DNA of 64,000 nt from a bacterium (GTDB lineage: Bacteria; Patescibacteriota; Minisyncoccia; Phycocordibacterales; Phycocordibacteraceae): assembly GCA_037200965.1 (NCBI GenBank), contig JBBCGK010000001.1:433992-497991 (forward strand). Direction: 5' to 3'. The notes under the pieces were generated by a model. That model was not told where the DNA came from, made no database searches, and saw only the letters and a list, made by a program, of their open reading frames with translations. Both the position numbers and the translations under genes were made by a program. Within the stretch, counting starts at the first letter, position 1. Each line of letters begins with the position of its first letter. Positions 39,949 to 49,603 of the stretch are shown here, piece after piece.

Positions 39949-40701
39949 ATGAAAAACCAATACTTTGGCGACTTGAGCGACTATAAGAAGTACGGTTTGC
40001 TGCGCACACTTTCGATTGAGGGTGAGTGCTCGCTCACTGTGTGTTGGATGCTGACGCGAGATGATCAAAGTACCGACGGGCGGCATACAACTTATTTGGC
40101 GGACGTAAGAGAATGGCGCAACCATGAGCCGTTGGTATTTGATCTACTCGCGGACGCAGTCTTCAAAAATTCCCGTAATCTCGAAATAGTTGAAAAGTCC
40201 GGACTAATACCGAACTCAAACTACTTTCGTGAGGAAATCGGCGATGCTCCCTCCCAACGGGAAGCTTTTTTTGCCCGATTGGCAGATGAAGCCCGCAATT
40301 CTGATATTGTGTTCTTGGACCCCGACAACGGCCTTGAAGTGAAGTCAGTCCCCTATGGCTCCAAGGGAGCACATAAGTACATTTATCGGTCTGAAATCGA
40401 AAAGTTATCTCGGAATGGACTTTCAATCTTGCTGTATCAACATTTTGGTCGGAAAGAACGGTCTGAGTTTATCCGAGCTATTGCATTGAAACTCATCGAT
40501 TGGCTGAATGTGGAGGAAGTATTTTCACTTCGGACGACGCATACCGTATTTTTTCTTGTGCCGAAAGCTGCCCACAGGTCGCGAATAGATCGATCCCTCC
40601 AGGCAGTAAATAGACAATGGGGAGATAAGATCTTTATCGAGATACACTCTAAGGAGTCTGTATCAACGGTTACAACGAAAAATCAGTTAGACCTACTCTA
40701 A
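39949..40701 (+). CDS. Hypothetical protein (250 aa) completing the MazG-PurZ-like cassette
   Basis: Clean ORF 8 nt after the PurZ-like stop; lower GC; no HD motif (so not obviously DatZ); unknown function. Confidence 0.45.
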   Translation: MKNQYFGDLSDYKKYGLLRTLSIEGECSLTVCWMLTRDDQSTDGRHTTYLADVREWRNHEPLVFDLLADAVFKNSRNLEIVEKSGLIPNSNYFREEIGDAPSQREAFFARLADEARNSDIVFLDPDNGLEVKSVPYGSKGAHKYIYRSEIEKLSRNGLSILLYQHFGRKERSEFIRAIALKLIDWLNVEEVFSLRTTHTVFFLVPKAAHRSRIDRSLQAVNRQWGDKIFIEIHSKESVSTVTTKNQLDLL

Positions 40702-40774
40702 GTAAGTGAGCAACATGGATATTGGAAAGGAGCCTGACTTCGCCTCGGATGCCTACTTTGATAATCCGCAACAA

Positions 40775-40810
40775 GTTGCACAACCTCCTTTTTACGAACG
40801 ATCCTGCAGG
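40775..40810. repeat. Array repeat R2 (36 nt, perfect)
   Basis: Exact sequence match. Confidence 0.95.
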
Positions 40811-41427
40811 ACGATATCCACAAATCACTGCTGCGCAGCGCGGGCCTCGCGCATCTCTCGGCGGATGAGATTGGGGACTTGAGGGACTTGGCAGCGCATG
40901 AGCTACGGAATGAGACCGCGGACCGCGGTGGTCTCATGGCGGGATTGCGACTGCGCCTGCAACAATGCGACACACGGCTATCACGCCTTACAGACGCGCT
41001 CCTCGACCACCTCATCGAAAAGCAGGAATACGAAGCCAAGAAGGCCGCGCTCCTGGGCGAGCGGCGCGAACTGCTAGACAAACTGGAAAGCCCGGAGGCT
41101 TCGCGTCAACCCGCCGACGGCGTGCTGCAAGCATTGGAACTGCCAGATGTCGTGGAAACACGCTACGAAATGGCTTTGCCGGACCAACGGCGCCGCATTG
41201 CGTCTGCAATCGCTTGGAACCTAACTGGTAGCGGAAAAGAGGCCGTACCTGAGCTGAAATCTCCGTACCGGGAGATCGTACAGTGGCGTCTTTCCAATCC
41301 GGTGCGCCGTAACGGGGAGCGATCGGAACCTGACATAAAGCTGCTATACGAAGCGCTCAAAGAAGTCTGCCGGCGAGAAGACAAGCCGCCGCAACGTCCC
41401 CAACGTCCTGATGTCTCCGGCATATAA
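40811..41427 (+). pseudogene. 5'-truncated ORF beginning inside repeat R2 (C-terminal ~200 aa of a larger protein; coiled-coil, possibly relaxase/recombinase-associated)
   Basis: The reading frame is open from within R2 (…CTTSFLRTILQDDIHKSLLRSAGLAHL…) with no start context. Ends overlapping the T4CP-like gene. Confidence 0.35.
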
Positions 41428-42724
41428 GGCGACATACTTTTTCGAGAATTGTCGCGCCTTATGCCGCGTGAATGTCAGGCAGATGCTGTTCTGCATGGAT
41501 GCGAGCATCAGCTACTTCGCCCGCACCAACTTCCGCAACCGAAACCAGCTCTTCGGTGTGAGGCAAGCCGACCGTCTTTCGCACCTGTACGTCATCGGCA
41601 AGACTGGCACGGGCAAGTCCACCCTCCTTGAAACCCTCGCCCGGCAAGACCTTCGGGCCGGGCGCGGCTTCGCCCTCATAGACCCGCACGGCGATCTCGT
41701 GGAACGGATCGCGAGGGACGCGCCGGAAGCCGTCTATCTGAACGCCCCCGATCCCTCCCAGCCCTTCGGCTATAATCCGCTCCGGAGGGTCAGGGACGAC
41801 AAGATACCGCTTGCCGTCTCGGGCTTCCTCGAAACCCTCAAGAAGCTCTGGCCCGACGCGTGGGGCGTGCGCATGGAGCACGTCCTTAGGAATACGCTGT
41901 ATGCGCTATTCGAGCAGGAGGATGCGCGGCTTCCCGATATCCTCCGCCTCTATGCCGACGAGACATACCGGAAGGCGCTCGCCAAGGGGATTAGGAACGA
42001 TACCGTCCGCCGCTTCTGGCTCCATGAGTTCGAGCACTTCCACTTTCGCCAGAGGGCGGACGCCGTGGCTCCGATACAAAACAAGATCGGGGCGCTCCTT
42101 GCCGACCCCACGCTCTATCGCATCCTCGTCGAGCCAAAGGAGGATATCCGCTTCCGTGCCCTCATGGACGGCGGCGGGGTTCTTCTGGTCAATCTCTCGA
42201 AGGGCAAACTTGGCGAGGACAGCTCGCACATCCTCGGCGCGCTCATCGTCTCGACCCTGGGCCTTGCTGCCTTTAGTCGGGCCGACAGTCCCCCAACCTC
42301 CCGCCGCCCTTTCTTCGTCTATATCGACGAATTCCAGTCCTTCACGACCCTTATGCTCGCCGACATGATGTCGGAGCTGCGGAAGTACGGCGTGGGCCTT
42401 ACCTTGGCGCACCAATATATGCACCAGCTTGAACCCGAGATACGGCATGCGGTTCTGGGGAACGCTGGGACGCTCATATCATTCCGTGTTGGCCCCGAGG
42501 ATGCGTCAATCCTGGCGAAGGAGTTTCAGCCGACGTTTGACACACACGATCTCCTGAACCTGCCTAACCACCATATCTATCTGAAGCTGATGATTGATGG
42601 GGTGCCGGGCGGGGCGTTTAGTGCAAATACAGTCGATCATTCGACGCGGGGAGAGACAAAGCTCGCACCGCTACGAAGGACTTCAGACTTGAATGCGGGC
42701 GAAAGCGCGTCTGACTATGTGTGA
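41411..42724 (+). CDS. FtsK/HerA-superfamily ATPase resembling type IV secretion coupling protein (TraD/TraG/VirD4-like, no TM domain)
   Basis: Walker A YVIGKTGTGKSTLLETL; Walker B FFVYIDEFQSF; C-terminal LAHQYMHQL similar to the T4CP QS..QL motif. Confidence 0.55.
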   Translation: MSPAYKATYFFENCRALCRVNVRQMLFCMDASISYFARTNFRNRNQLFGVRQADRLSHLYVIGKTGTGKSTLLETLARQDLRAGRGFALIDPHGDLVERIARDAPEAVYLNAPDPSQPFGYNPLRRVRDDKIPLAVSGFLETLKKLWPDAWGVRMEHVLRNTLYALFEQEDARLPDILRLYADETYRKALAKGIRNDTVRRFWLHEFEHFHFRQRADAVAPIQNKIGALLADPTLYRILVEPKEDIRFRALMDGGGVLLVNLSKGKLGEDSSHILGALIVSTLGLAAFSRADSPPTSRRPFFVYIDEFQSFTTLMLADMMSELRKYGVGLTLAHQYMHQLEPEIRHAVLGNAGTLISFRVGPEDASILAKEFQPTFDTHDLLNLPNHHIYLKLMIDGVPGGAFSANTVDHSTRGETKLAPLRRTSDLNAGESASDYV

Positions 42725-42859
42725 GCGGGATCACGTTTTTTTGCAGATGGCACGCCCGCGTGGGCTGTTTTGGTAATTGCCATAGCGTCTTGGCAACAAC
42801 TGGGCGTCAGTACCTGGCTTCCCTCACAGGTTGAATATATTACAGTATAGCTCAACCAT

Positions 42860-43864
42860 ATGTTGAGTCGCCGCATGCCCGGTATTACCGAATTACTTTT
42901 GAAAATCGCGCCCAAGATCGGCGCAAAAGTGCTGATCGAGCCTGAGTGGGGCTACGTCGGGCAAATCGCCTTCCGAAGCGGTCGCAAGCGGTACTTCCGG
43001 TTCTCCAGCGTTGACGTGAATACGCTGGGCGCATCGGAAGTCGCGAAGGACAAAGATTTTGCGAACTTCTTCATGAAGCACATGGGTTATCCCATCGTGA
43101 AAGGAAAAACGTTCTTCCGGGACGACTGGGCAGAGACAATCCGCTCCAAGCGAAAGATCACGGCCGCCTATCGATACGCGCGACGGCTGGGATTTCCGGT
43201 GATTGTGAAGCCTAACAGCGGCAGTCAGGGGAAAGCAGTATGCTTGGCTCGCACGAAGCGTCAATTCTATCGCGGAATGCGGGCGACCTTTGAGGTGGAC
43301 AAAGTCGCGCTTGTCCAAATACCTGTTTCAGGAAAAGACTACCGCATCGTGGTCTTGGACCGAGAAATCATTTCGGCGTACTACAGGGTTCCGCTAAGCG
43401 TCGTCGGCAATGGAAAAGCTTCCGTAGCGGCGTTGCTCAAGTCGAAGCAGAAAGAGTTTCGGCGCGCCGGGCGCGACACGGCGATCAGGGCCGACGATCC
43501 GCGCATAGCGGAAAAGCTCGAGCATCAGGGACTGAGCTTCGCTTCCGTTCTCCGAAAGGATCAAAAGGTTTTTCTTTTGGATAACGCCAACCTTTCGACG
43601 GGCGGCGAATCGGAAGACGTAACGGAAAGCGTGCACAAGGAGTTCAGGAAAATCGCGGTGTCGCTTACGAGGGATATGGGACTGCGCCTGTGCGGCGTCG
43701 ATCTCATGATAGACGGGGATATCTCGGAGCCGCCCAAAACGTATTGGGTGCTTGAAGTCAATTCGGCCCCGGGGCTCGATCATTATGCGAAAAGCGGCGC
43801 GGCACAAAACAAAATCGTCGAAAAGATGTATACGACGGTGCTTAAGAGCTTGGATCGTGACTAG
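42860..43864 (+). CDS. ATP-grasp family enzyme (RimK/cyanophycin-synthetase-like ligase)
   Basis: ...GFPVIVKPNSGSQGKAV..., ...DYRIVVLDREIISAYYR..., C-terminal ...LCGVDLMIDGD...YWVLEVNSAPGL. Confidence 0.55.
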   Translation: MLSRRMPGITELLLKIAPKIGAKVLIEPEWGYVGQIAFRSGRKRYFRFSSVDVNTLGASEVAKDKDFANFFMKHMGYPIVKGKTFFRDDWAETIRSKRKITAAYRYARRLGFPVIVKPNSGSQGKAVCLARTKRQFYRGMRATFEVDKVALVQIPVSGKDYRIVVLDREIISAYYRVPLSVVGNGKASVAALLKSKQKEFRRAGRDTAIRADDPRIAEKLEHQGLSFASVLRKDQKVFLLDNANLSTGGESEDVTESVHKEFRKIAVSLTRDMGLRLCGVDLMIDGDISEPPKTYWVLEVNSAPGLDHYAKSGAAQNKIVEKMYTTVLKSLDRD

Positions 43865-43956
43865 CTCGTGTATAGTCCATACGACCGATCTTCCTGACAC
43901 CAATAGGCATCGGCCAAATCGTGATTGCTGACCAACGTTTTGCGCCGAGCGACCGC

Positions 43957-44247
43957 CTAGTCGGGATCGTAGGGATTATTGGTATCCGTGCCATTGCGCG
44001 AGGAACCAGACGGCGAACTATACGGATCGACGCGCTTGTGACCTTGCTCGCCCGTATAGGGGTTCACGTTTGGATACGTCGAGTAATTGTTATAGGGATT
44101 GCTGTCAGGCGATGAGCGATGGTGTGGCGGAACATACGTGCCGTCCTTCCGCACATAGCCTCTGACACTGACGTCCTTCGCTGCCGCCTCAGCGCCAGTG
44201 GCCAGCAGGGTCGTGAAGACCAAAAGGGCGGCAAAAATCTTGCGCAT
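43957..44247 (-). CDS. Small secreted Pro/Tyr/Asn-rich protein
   Basis: Signal peptide MRKIFAALLVFTTLLATGAEAAA; then low-complexity PYNNYSTYPNVNPY. Confidence 0.4.
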   Translation of the reverse strand: MRKIFAALLVFTTLLATGAEAAAKDVSVRGYVRKDGTYVPPHHRSSPDSNPYNNYSTYPNVNPYTGEQGHKRVDPYSSPSGSSRNGTDTNNPYDPD

Positions 44248-44357
44248 ATTAACTCCGATCAAAAATGCGGCTCGATGCTAGTTTAGTGGCTGGCGCAGGG
44301 CCAGAGGAATAATCTTCGCAAGCGTGCGTCAGGCCACGCCCTACGGTAACGCGTCGA

Positions 44358-45341
44358 TCAGTTCGCCTCGTCGAAAATCCCATTCAGGATCGCCCCAAGC
44401 CGCACCCCTGCCGCCTGCAAGCGCTCTTCCACGATGGCGGCGCGGTCTTCCTTGTAGTTGCCGTCGGGCGCGAAGACGCGAACGGCGCCACCGGTATACG
44501 TCTCGCTGTCTTCGGAATAGCGGCAGGTGGTGCCGGAGAGCGTACAGTATCCGGTGTCGGGCGCGCGGGAGACGGTGAGCGATTCGTTGGCCCATACCAT
44601 CGGATCGAGCGACGCCTTCCACGTTGCCCGCTGCTCGTCCGTGATTTCCTTTTGAAGAACATTGCCAAACGCCTCGCGCCCAGGGCCTGCTGGCTTCGTC
44701 TGCGCGATGTGGAGATCACGCATGACTTGTTCGGGAATGCAGGTGTCCCACACGGTATGGAGCGCGGTTTTGCCGTCATAGGCGCAGCCCGAGACGCCCT
44801 TCACGCCGACGCTGTTGCCGCCGCGATCATCGGCATACGAAATGTGGAGCGGCTGGTGTATGTCGCCGAGCCAGTGCCCGAGGAATTTGAGGGCCGTGCG
44901 CTTCTTGTCGGTTGAGGCATTCGGGTCTTTGAGGATGGCGATATCGGCGGGGATGGCCGTGAAAAGGCACGTCGCCGCATTCACGCACTTGGCCTCGGGG
45001 AAGCTCGTCCAATCGCGCGGCATATTGATGAAGTGCTCCGCCCTCCGGCTGCTTTGCACATCGCCCTTCTCGTCCGGCCAGGTGCAGGCCCCGTGGAAGG
45101 TTCTCGGTATCTCCTTGCCGTCAGCGTCCTTAAGCGGGGTTTCTGAGCGGATAAGCTTGTTGACCGCCTTGCGGGCCGTCGGCGTGAGCTCCTTGTATGC
45201 GATCTCGCAGACCGCCTCGTGGCCGGTGCCGCCGAAGGCGAGGGCACCGCTCGTTGTGAGACAAAGACTGACGAAGCCACCAGCTCCAAACAGCGCAAGA
45301 AGAACCCGCCGACGTCCACCCATGTACCCGCTCCCCCTCAC
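44358..45341 (-). CDS. Secreted S1/P1-family zinc-dependent nuclease
   Basis: N-terminal signal, then the ...FGGTGHEAV... (W/GH motif) and ...LKFLGHWLGDIHQPLH... zinc-ligand motifs characteristic of S1-P1 nuclease. Confidence 0.7.
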   Translation of the reverse strand: MRGSGYMGGRRRVLLALFGAGGFVSLCLTTSGALAFGGTGHEAVCEIAYKELTPTARKAVNKLIRSETPLKDADGKEIPRTFHGACTWPDEKGDVQSSRRAEHFINMPRDWTSFPEAKCVNAATCLFTAIPADIAILKDPNASTDKKRTALKFLGHWLGDIHQPLHISYADDRGGNSVGVKGVSGCAYDGKTALHTVWDTCIPEQVMRDLHIAQTKPAGPGREAFGNVLQKEITDEQRATWKASLDPMVWANESLTVSRAPDTGYCTLSGTTCRYSEDSETYTGGAVRVFAPDGNYKEDRAAIVEERLQAAGVRLGAILNGIFDEAN

Positions 45342-45453
45342 TATTCGTGCCCAGGATGCGAGGACTCGCCCTAGCCGAAGAACGGATGATGCCCGGATGA
45401 TTTCACCCGTCCAAGAGGAATGTGCGCCTTAGACTTCGTATCGGGCCGGGCCT

Positions 45454-46359
45454 ATGCTGCTTCTATTGGTGGGGTGTTTCTCAGGGGGTATTGGCATGAC
45501 TAGCGGCACGCGAGTTTTTCCGACGCGTTCGTATCGGGCATCATTTCCCATTCATGCGCTTCTTGCCGTCTTCGCGCTTCTCGTCGCGGGTGCGTATGGC
45601 CCGGCCGGTTCGGCCTTGGCCGCGACCAGCGCGGCGTCCTTCTGCCTTGACGCATGCCCCGAGGGCGCGCCGGCAAAGAACAAGACGGTCGTGCACCATG
45701 TCTATGCGCTCAGCTCGAACCCCGACACGAAATTCGCCGATTGGGTCGCGTACAAGATCTCCAAAGCGACCATCGGGTCGAACTGTTCGCGCAAGTGGGC
45801 GAAGGACCCGGACCTAGCGGCCGGCACCACGCTCAAGCCCGCCGATTACAAGGACATCAGTGCGGCGCTCCAGTCCGACCGGGGCCATCAAGCGCCCTTG
45901 GCAAGCCTATGCGGCTCGAAGTTCAATGCCGAGGCGAACTATCTCTCGAACATCACCCCACAAAAGTCCGACCTCAATCAGGGCGCATGGGTGCGGCTCG
46001 AAACCGCCGAACGCAAGCTCATTACGGGCGGCACCGCGAAGACCGTGTATACCGTCACCGGGACGCTCTACGAAAAGAAGATGCCGCCGCTTCCCAAGGC
46101 GAGCGTCAAGCACAAAGTCCCTTCGGGCTATTGGAAGATCGTCGCCGTCGAGACGGACGACGGGATCGACGCCGTGGCGTTCGTCATGCCGCAGGATACA
46201 CCCAAAGCCGCCGATTATTGCGAAACGCGCACCACCATCGGCGACGTTGAGACGCGCTCGGGCCTCAAGTTCTTCCTCGATCTCAACGAGACCGACCGCA
46301 CGCAGCTTGAGGAGAGCGAGGCGAAGACCGGCCTCTATGAGGATTTGGGCTGCGAGTAG
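45454..46359 (+). CDS. Secreted DNA/RNA non-specific endonuclease (Serratia NucA family)
   Basis: Signal-anchor, then SDRGHQAPLAS (the DRGH catalytic motif) and downstream Asn/Glu residues. Confidence 0.7.
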   Translation: MLLLLVGCFSGGIGMTSGTRVFPTRSYRASFPIHALLAVFALLVAGAYGPAGSALAATSAASFCLDACPEGAPAKNKTVVHHVYALSSNPDTKFADWVAYKISKATIGSNCSRKWAKDPDLAAGTTLKPADYKDISAALQSDRGHQAPLASLCGSKFNAEANYLSNITPQKSDLNQGAWVRLETAERKLITGGTAKTVYTVTGTLYEKKMPPLPKASVKHKVPSGYWKIVAVETDDGIDAVAFVMPQDTPKAADYCETRTTIGDVETRSGLKFFLDLNETDRTQLEESEAKTGLYEDLGCE

Positions 46360-46381
46360 CACGAGCGCGGGAAGATACGGC

Positions 46382-46669
46382 ATGCGCAAGGCATTCATAC
46401 TGACGCTGGTGGCGTTCTCCGCACTTGCGGCAACCCCACTCATCGCGCGGACCACGGATGCGGAAGTCCGGGGACAAATGATCCGCGAGTCCATCGCAAG
46501 CTATCCCGGCAACTGCCCGTGTCCGTACAGCACGATGCGAAACGGGCGCTCCTGCGGCGGGCGAAGCGCGTACAGTCGGCCCGGCGGATATGCTCCGCTG
46601 TGCTACCCGTCTGACGTTTCGGACGATATGGTGCGCGGCTATCGAAGCACGCATGGGCTCGGGAACTGA
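46382..46669 (+). CDS. Small secreted Cys-rich protein (95 aa)
   Basis: Signal peptide MRKAFILTLVAFSALAATPLIA; 6 Cys; begins 20 nt after the nuclease stop. Confidence 0.35.
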   Translation: MRKAFILTLVAFSALAATPLIARTTDAEVRGQMIRESIASYPGNCPCPYSTMRNGRSCGGRSAYSRPGGYAPLCYPSDVSDDMVRGYRSTHGLGN

Positions 46670-46865
46670 TCGATCCGATTGATATCTGGCGAAGCGCGCA
46701 AACGCTCATCTCGCTCTATGGCGATGAGGCGGAACAGTTCGCGCTTCGCCGCGCCGCTACCCTGCTCGGCGAAGGAGACCGGGAGGGCCATGCGGCAATG
46801 GCAAGCGTTGCGGAAGCGGTGAAGAAGCTGCGGCAGGAGCGGCCCGAAAGCGGCGATGCCGTCCA

Positions 46866-47273
46866 CTAGTCGGCGTCCGGCAGCTTATCGGAAGCCTCGG
46901 CAAACTCCCGCACCAGCGCGACGATGTGCTTGCGCCGGGCGGGCGACTTGACCTGCGCGAACGCTCTCGCAAGCGCCCGCCCGTCGGCGCTCGAAAGCAG
47001 CGGCATTTCTTCCGCGAACAGTGCCGAACGGGCTTTGTCGTATGCCTCGGAAACGAAGTATTCCCAGGGCAGATCAAGCACCACCATCATCCGCAACAGC
47101 GCTTCAAGCGGCAGCCGGTTGGTTCCCTTTTCATACTTCTGCATCTGTTGGAAACTAACGCCGAGGCGCTTTCCGAGAGCGAGTTGCGACAGGCCGCGCA
47201 GCGTCCGTGCGGCAAATATCTTTTGGCCGATAATCTTATTGATCTCTGACGAACTGTGCTTGCGCGGGGCCAT
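46866..47273 (-). CDS. XRE-family (Cro/C1-type HTH) transcriptional regulator
   Basis: IGQKIFAARTLRGLSQLALGKRLGVSFQQMQKYEKGTNRLPLEAL. Confidence 0.6.
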   Translation of the reverse strand: MAPRKHSSSEINKIIGQKIFAARTLRGLSQLALGKRLGVSFQQMQKYEKGTNRLPLEALLRMMVVLDLPWEYFVSEAYDKARSALFAEEMPLLSSADGRALARAFAQVKSPARRKHIVALVREFAEASDKLPDAD

Positions 47274-47349
47274 TCTCAATCCCGTTATACTATCGATCTC
47301 GCAAATTCTATGGCGCGAAAACCCCATTGTCGCGCGCAATCTCAGCCTG

Positions 47350-48333
47350 TTACGCCTCCTTCATCCACTCCCGGTGCATGCGCTCCCATTCCGGGCGCGG
47401 CGCTTCGAACTCTTCCCGGAACCACGGCATATGCTCTGGCACGAAGACCGTCTCGCGCAGGAACGCGAGCGTCGATTTGACGGCGGGTTTTGCGGCATGC
47501 ACGCGGTTATATGAGATGTAGAGCTTGCCGGGAAGGCGAAACGCAAGCGGAAGGGCGACGAGGTCCGGGTCGCCAAGCGCGTGGTAGGTAGGTGCGAGCG
47601 CGATGCCCGCGCCAAAATGCAGGCACCGCTCGAAGAAGCTCGTCTGGTTGGTGAGGATCGACACGTTCTTGACGACGTTTCCGCCCGACCATGCGGCCCA
47701 GGATGCCGTGCGCGTCTGATACTGGGCGAGATCGAGCAACCGGTGCTCGCTAAGCGCTTCGCTCGTCTGCGGCGTCCCGTGTTTTTGCAGATAGGACTTC
47801 GACGCGAACAGGGCGTAATGGACGGTCGCGAGCGGCCTCGACACCTGATCCGAATTTCCCGGATCGTAGAAGTGGATGCGGATGTCGAAGCTGTCGCTTC
47901 GGGGCGCGGTGATGTCCTGATCGGGCGATACCTTGAGCTCAATGTTCGGATGCCGTTCGAGGAAGCTCGGCATGAACTGCGCCAGCCAGAGGCTCGCAAC
48001 CCCGTCCGCGACCAGGATGCGGCAGTCGCCTTGAACGCTGCCTCCGCTGTCCTTCGCGTCCCTGCGAAGGAGCGCAATGCATTTGCGCGCCTCAAACGCG
48101 TTCGGAAGCAGACGTTCGCCGAGGTCGGTGAGCGCGCAGCCGTCGGTGCCGCGTATGAATACGCGCCCGCCGATCCACTGTTCGAAGCTGCGCAGCCGCT
48201 TGCTCACGGTTGCCTGCGTTGATCCGAGCATCGCCGCGGCCCGCTTGATGCTGCCGCCCTCGGCGATTGCGAGAAAATAGCGGAGATCGTTCCACTGCTC
48301 GGGCGAGGGGTCATCACTATTGGAAAGTACCAT
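47350..48333 (-). CDS. LysR-family transcriptional regulator
   Basis: N-terminal HTH WNDLRYFLAIAEGGSIKRAAAMLGSTQATVSKRLRSFEQWIGGRVFIRG... plus a substrate-binding domain; divergent from the GNAT gene. Confidence 0.7.
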   Translation of the reverse strand: MVLSNSDDPSPEQWNDLRYFLAIAEGGSIKRAAAMLGSTQATVSKRLRSFEQWIGGRVFIRGTDGCALTDLGERLLPNAFEARKCIALLRRDAKDSGGSVQGDCRILVADGVASLWLAQFMPSFLERHPNIELKVSPDQDITAPRSDSFDIRIHFYDPGNSDQVSRPLATVHYALFASKSYLQKHGTPQTSEALSEHRLLDLAQYQTRTASWAAWSGGNVVKNVSILTNQTSFFERCLHFGAGIALAPTYHALGDPDLVALPLAFRLPGKLYISYNRVHAAKPAVKSTLAFLRETVFVPEHMPWFREEFEAPRPEWERMHREWMKEA

Positions 48334-48434
48334 CTTCCGTCCCTTGGCTTCCGGGCGGCGATAATCGAATGGCAATTTAAGCTCCGGCAACAAAAAAATG
48401 CATAAGGCGCCAGGCGGCGCCGTGGAGTAATTCC

Positions 48435-49601
48435 TTGGAAAAGAACGATTTTAGCGCGATACGAAGCGGTACCTACGGGCCCGAACATGCCGCAGCGCAT
48501 CCCGATGGGGGAAGCGTATGGCTGCGTCCGGCCGGGGTCGGGGATATTCCGTTTGTGCATAGCCTGACCGTCTCGGACATCTCCGCCGAAACGGCACCGG
48601 AGGAGGTTATTCGGGCTGTTCACGCCCGCAATCCCGATGCCCTGTGGCTTATCGAGCGCCAAAGAGGCGGGGAGCCACCGGCCCCTATCGGCTATTTCGG
48701 CTTCCTGCCGCTCACCGATCCCGGTCTCGACGCGCTCAAGGAAGGCGCGCTCGACCGCAAGAGCCCGCCGCTTGAGCTTGTGGCCGAGGGCGGCACGCGT
48801 CCGGCGGCGGTGTACGTGTGGGGCGTCGTGGCGCATCGCCTAGTGCGGGTCACCGCGCCGCTCCTCACCCTCGCGCTTTCGCCTTACATCGACGTTCCCT
48901 TCTACACCGTCTCCCAGACCGAAGAGGGGCTGCGCTCGGCCCGTAGGCGCGGCTTCGTGCCGGTCGATGCGCGGATCGGCGACCGGGGCGGGCTCGTGCT
49001 GCTGCCGCTTGGCAGCCTTCTTGCGCCGCCGCCAAGCAAAGTCGCGCAGCTCGACGTGATCGTGGCCTCGAACGCCGAGCACCTCATGATGTGCGCCTAT
49101 GTTCGCGGCGTGGTGTTCGGCGCGGAGCAGCTCGCCCCCTACCGCGAGGAATTCGACGGCAACGACTTCTGCGGCATCCAGCTTCTGGGGTTCGTGAACA
49201 ACGAGCCTGCGGCAGTGCTTCGCATCCGTCACTTCGCGTCATTCGCGAAATTCGAGCGGTATGCCGTGCTCGAGCGCTTCCGCAAAACGCGGATCAAGTA
49301 CGAAATCCTGGAGTTCGGAATCGAGCTGTGCCGCCGCAAGGGATACACGAAGCTCTACGCGCACTCGCAGGTGCGCCTCGTCCGCTTCTATGAGCGGTTC
49401 GGCTTTCGTCTGTGCGCCGCGCAGCGTCCGCTCGTCTTCGCGGATCACGAATACGTCGAGATCGAAGCCGACCTCGCGCCGCATCCCGAGGCGATCACGA
49501 CCGCCACCGATCCCTACGTGATCATCCGACCCGAAGGGGCGTGGGACAGGCGCGGCGTTCTTGACCAGTCAGCGGCACGGCCCGCGACTAATCCCGTCTA
49601 G
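48435..49601 (+). CDS. GNAT-family acetyltransferase (two GNAT-like halves)
   Basis: C-terminal half ...AVLRIRHF...ELCRRKGYTKLYAHSQVRLVRFYERFGF fits the acyl-CoA N-acyltransferase fold; divergently paired with LysR. Confidence 0.55.
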   Translation: MEKNDFSAIRSGTYGPEHAAAHPDGGSVWLRPAGVGDIPFVHSLTVSDISAETAPEEVIRAVHARNPDALWLIERQRGGEPPAPIGYFGFLPLTDPGLDALKEGALDRKSPPLELVAEGGTRPAAVYVWGVVAHRLVRVTAPLLTLALSPYIDVPFYTVSQTEEGLRSARRRGFVPVDARIGDRGGLVLLPLGSLLAPPPSKVAQLDVIVASNAEHLMMCAYVRGVVFGAEQLAPYREEFDGNDFCGIQLLGFVNNEPAAVLRIRHFASFAKFERYAVLERFRKTRIKYEILEFGIELCRRKGYTKLYAHSQVRLVRFYERFGFRLCAAQRPLVFADHEYVEIEADLAPHPEAITTATDPYVIIRPEGAWDRRGVLDQSAARPATNPV

Positions 49602-49603
49602 GA

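Noticed and set aside
39949-40701. Calling the third gene of segment A a DatZ-type HD dATPase to complete a Z-cluster
   Set aside because: No H...HD...D metal-binding motif is visible in the sequence, so it is left as hypothetical.
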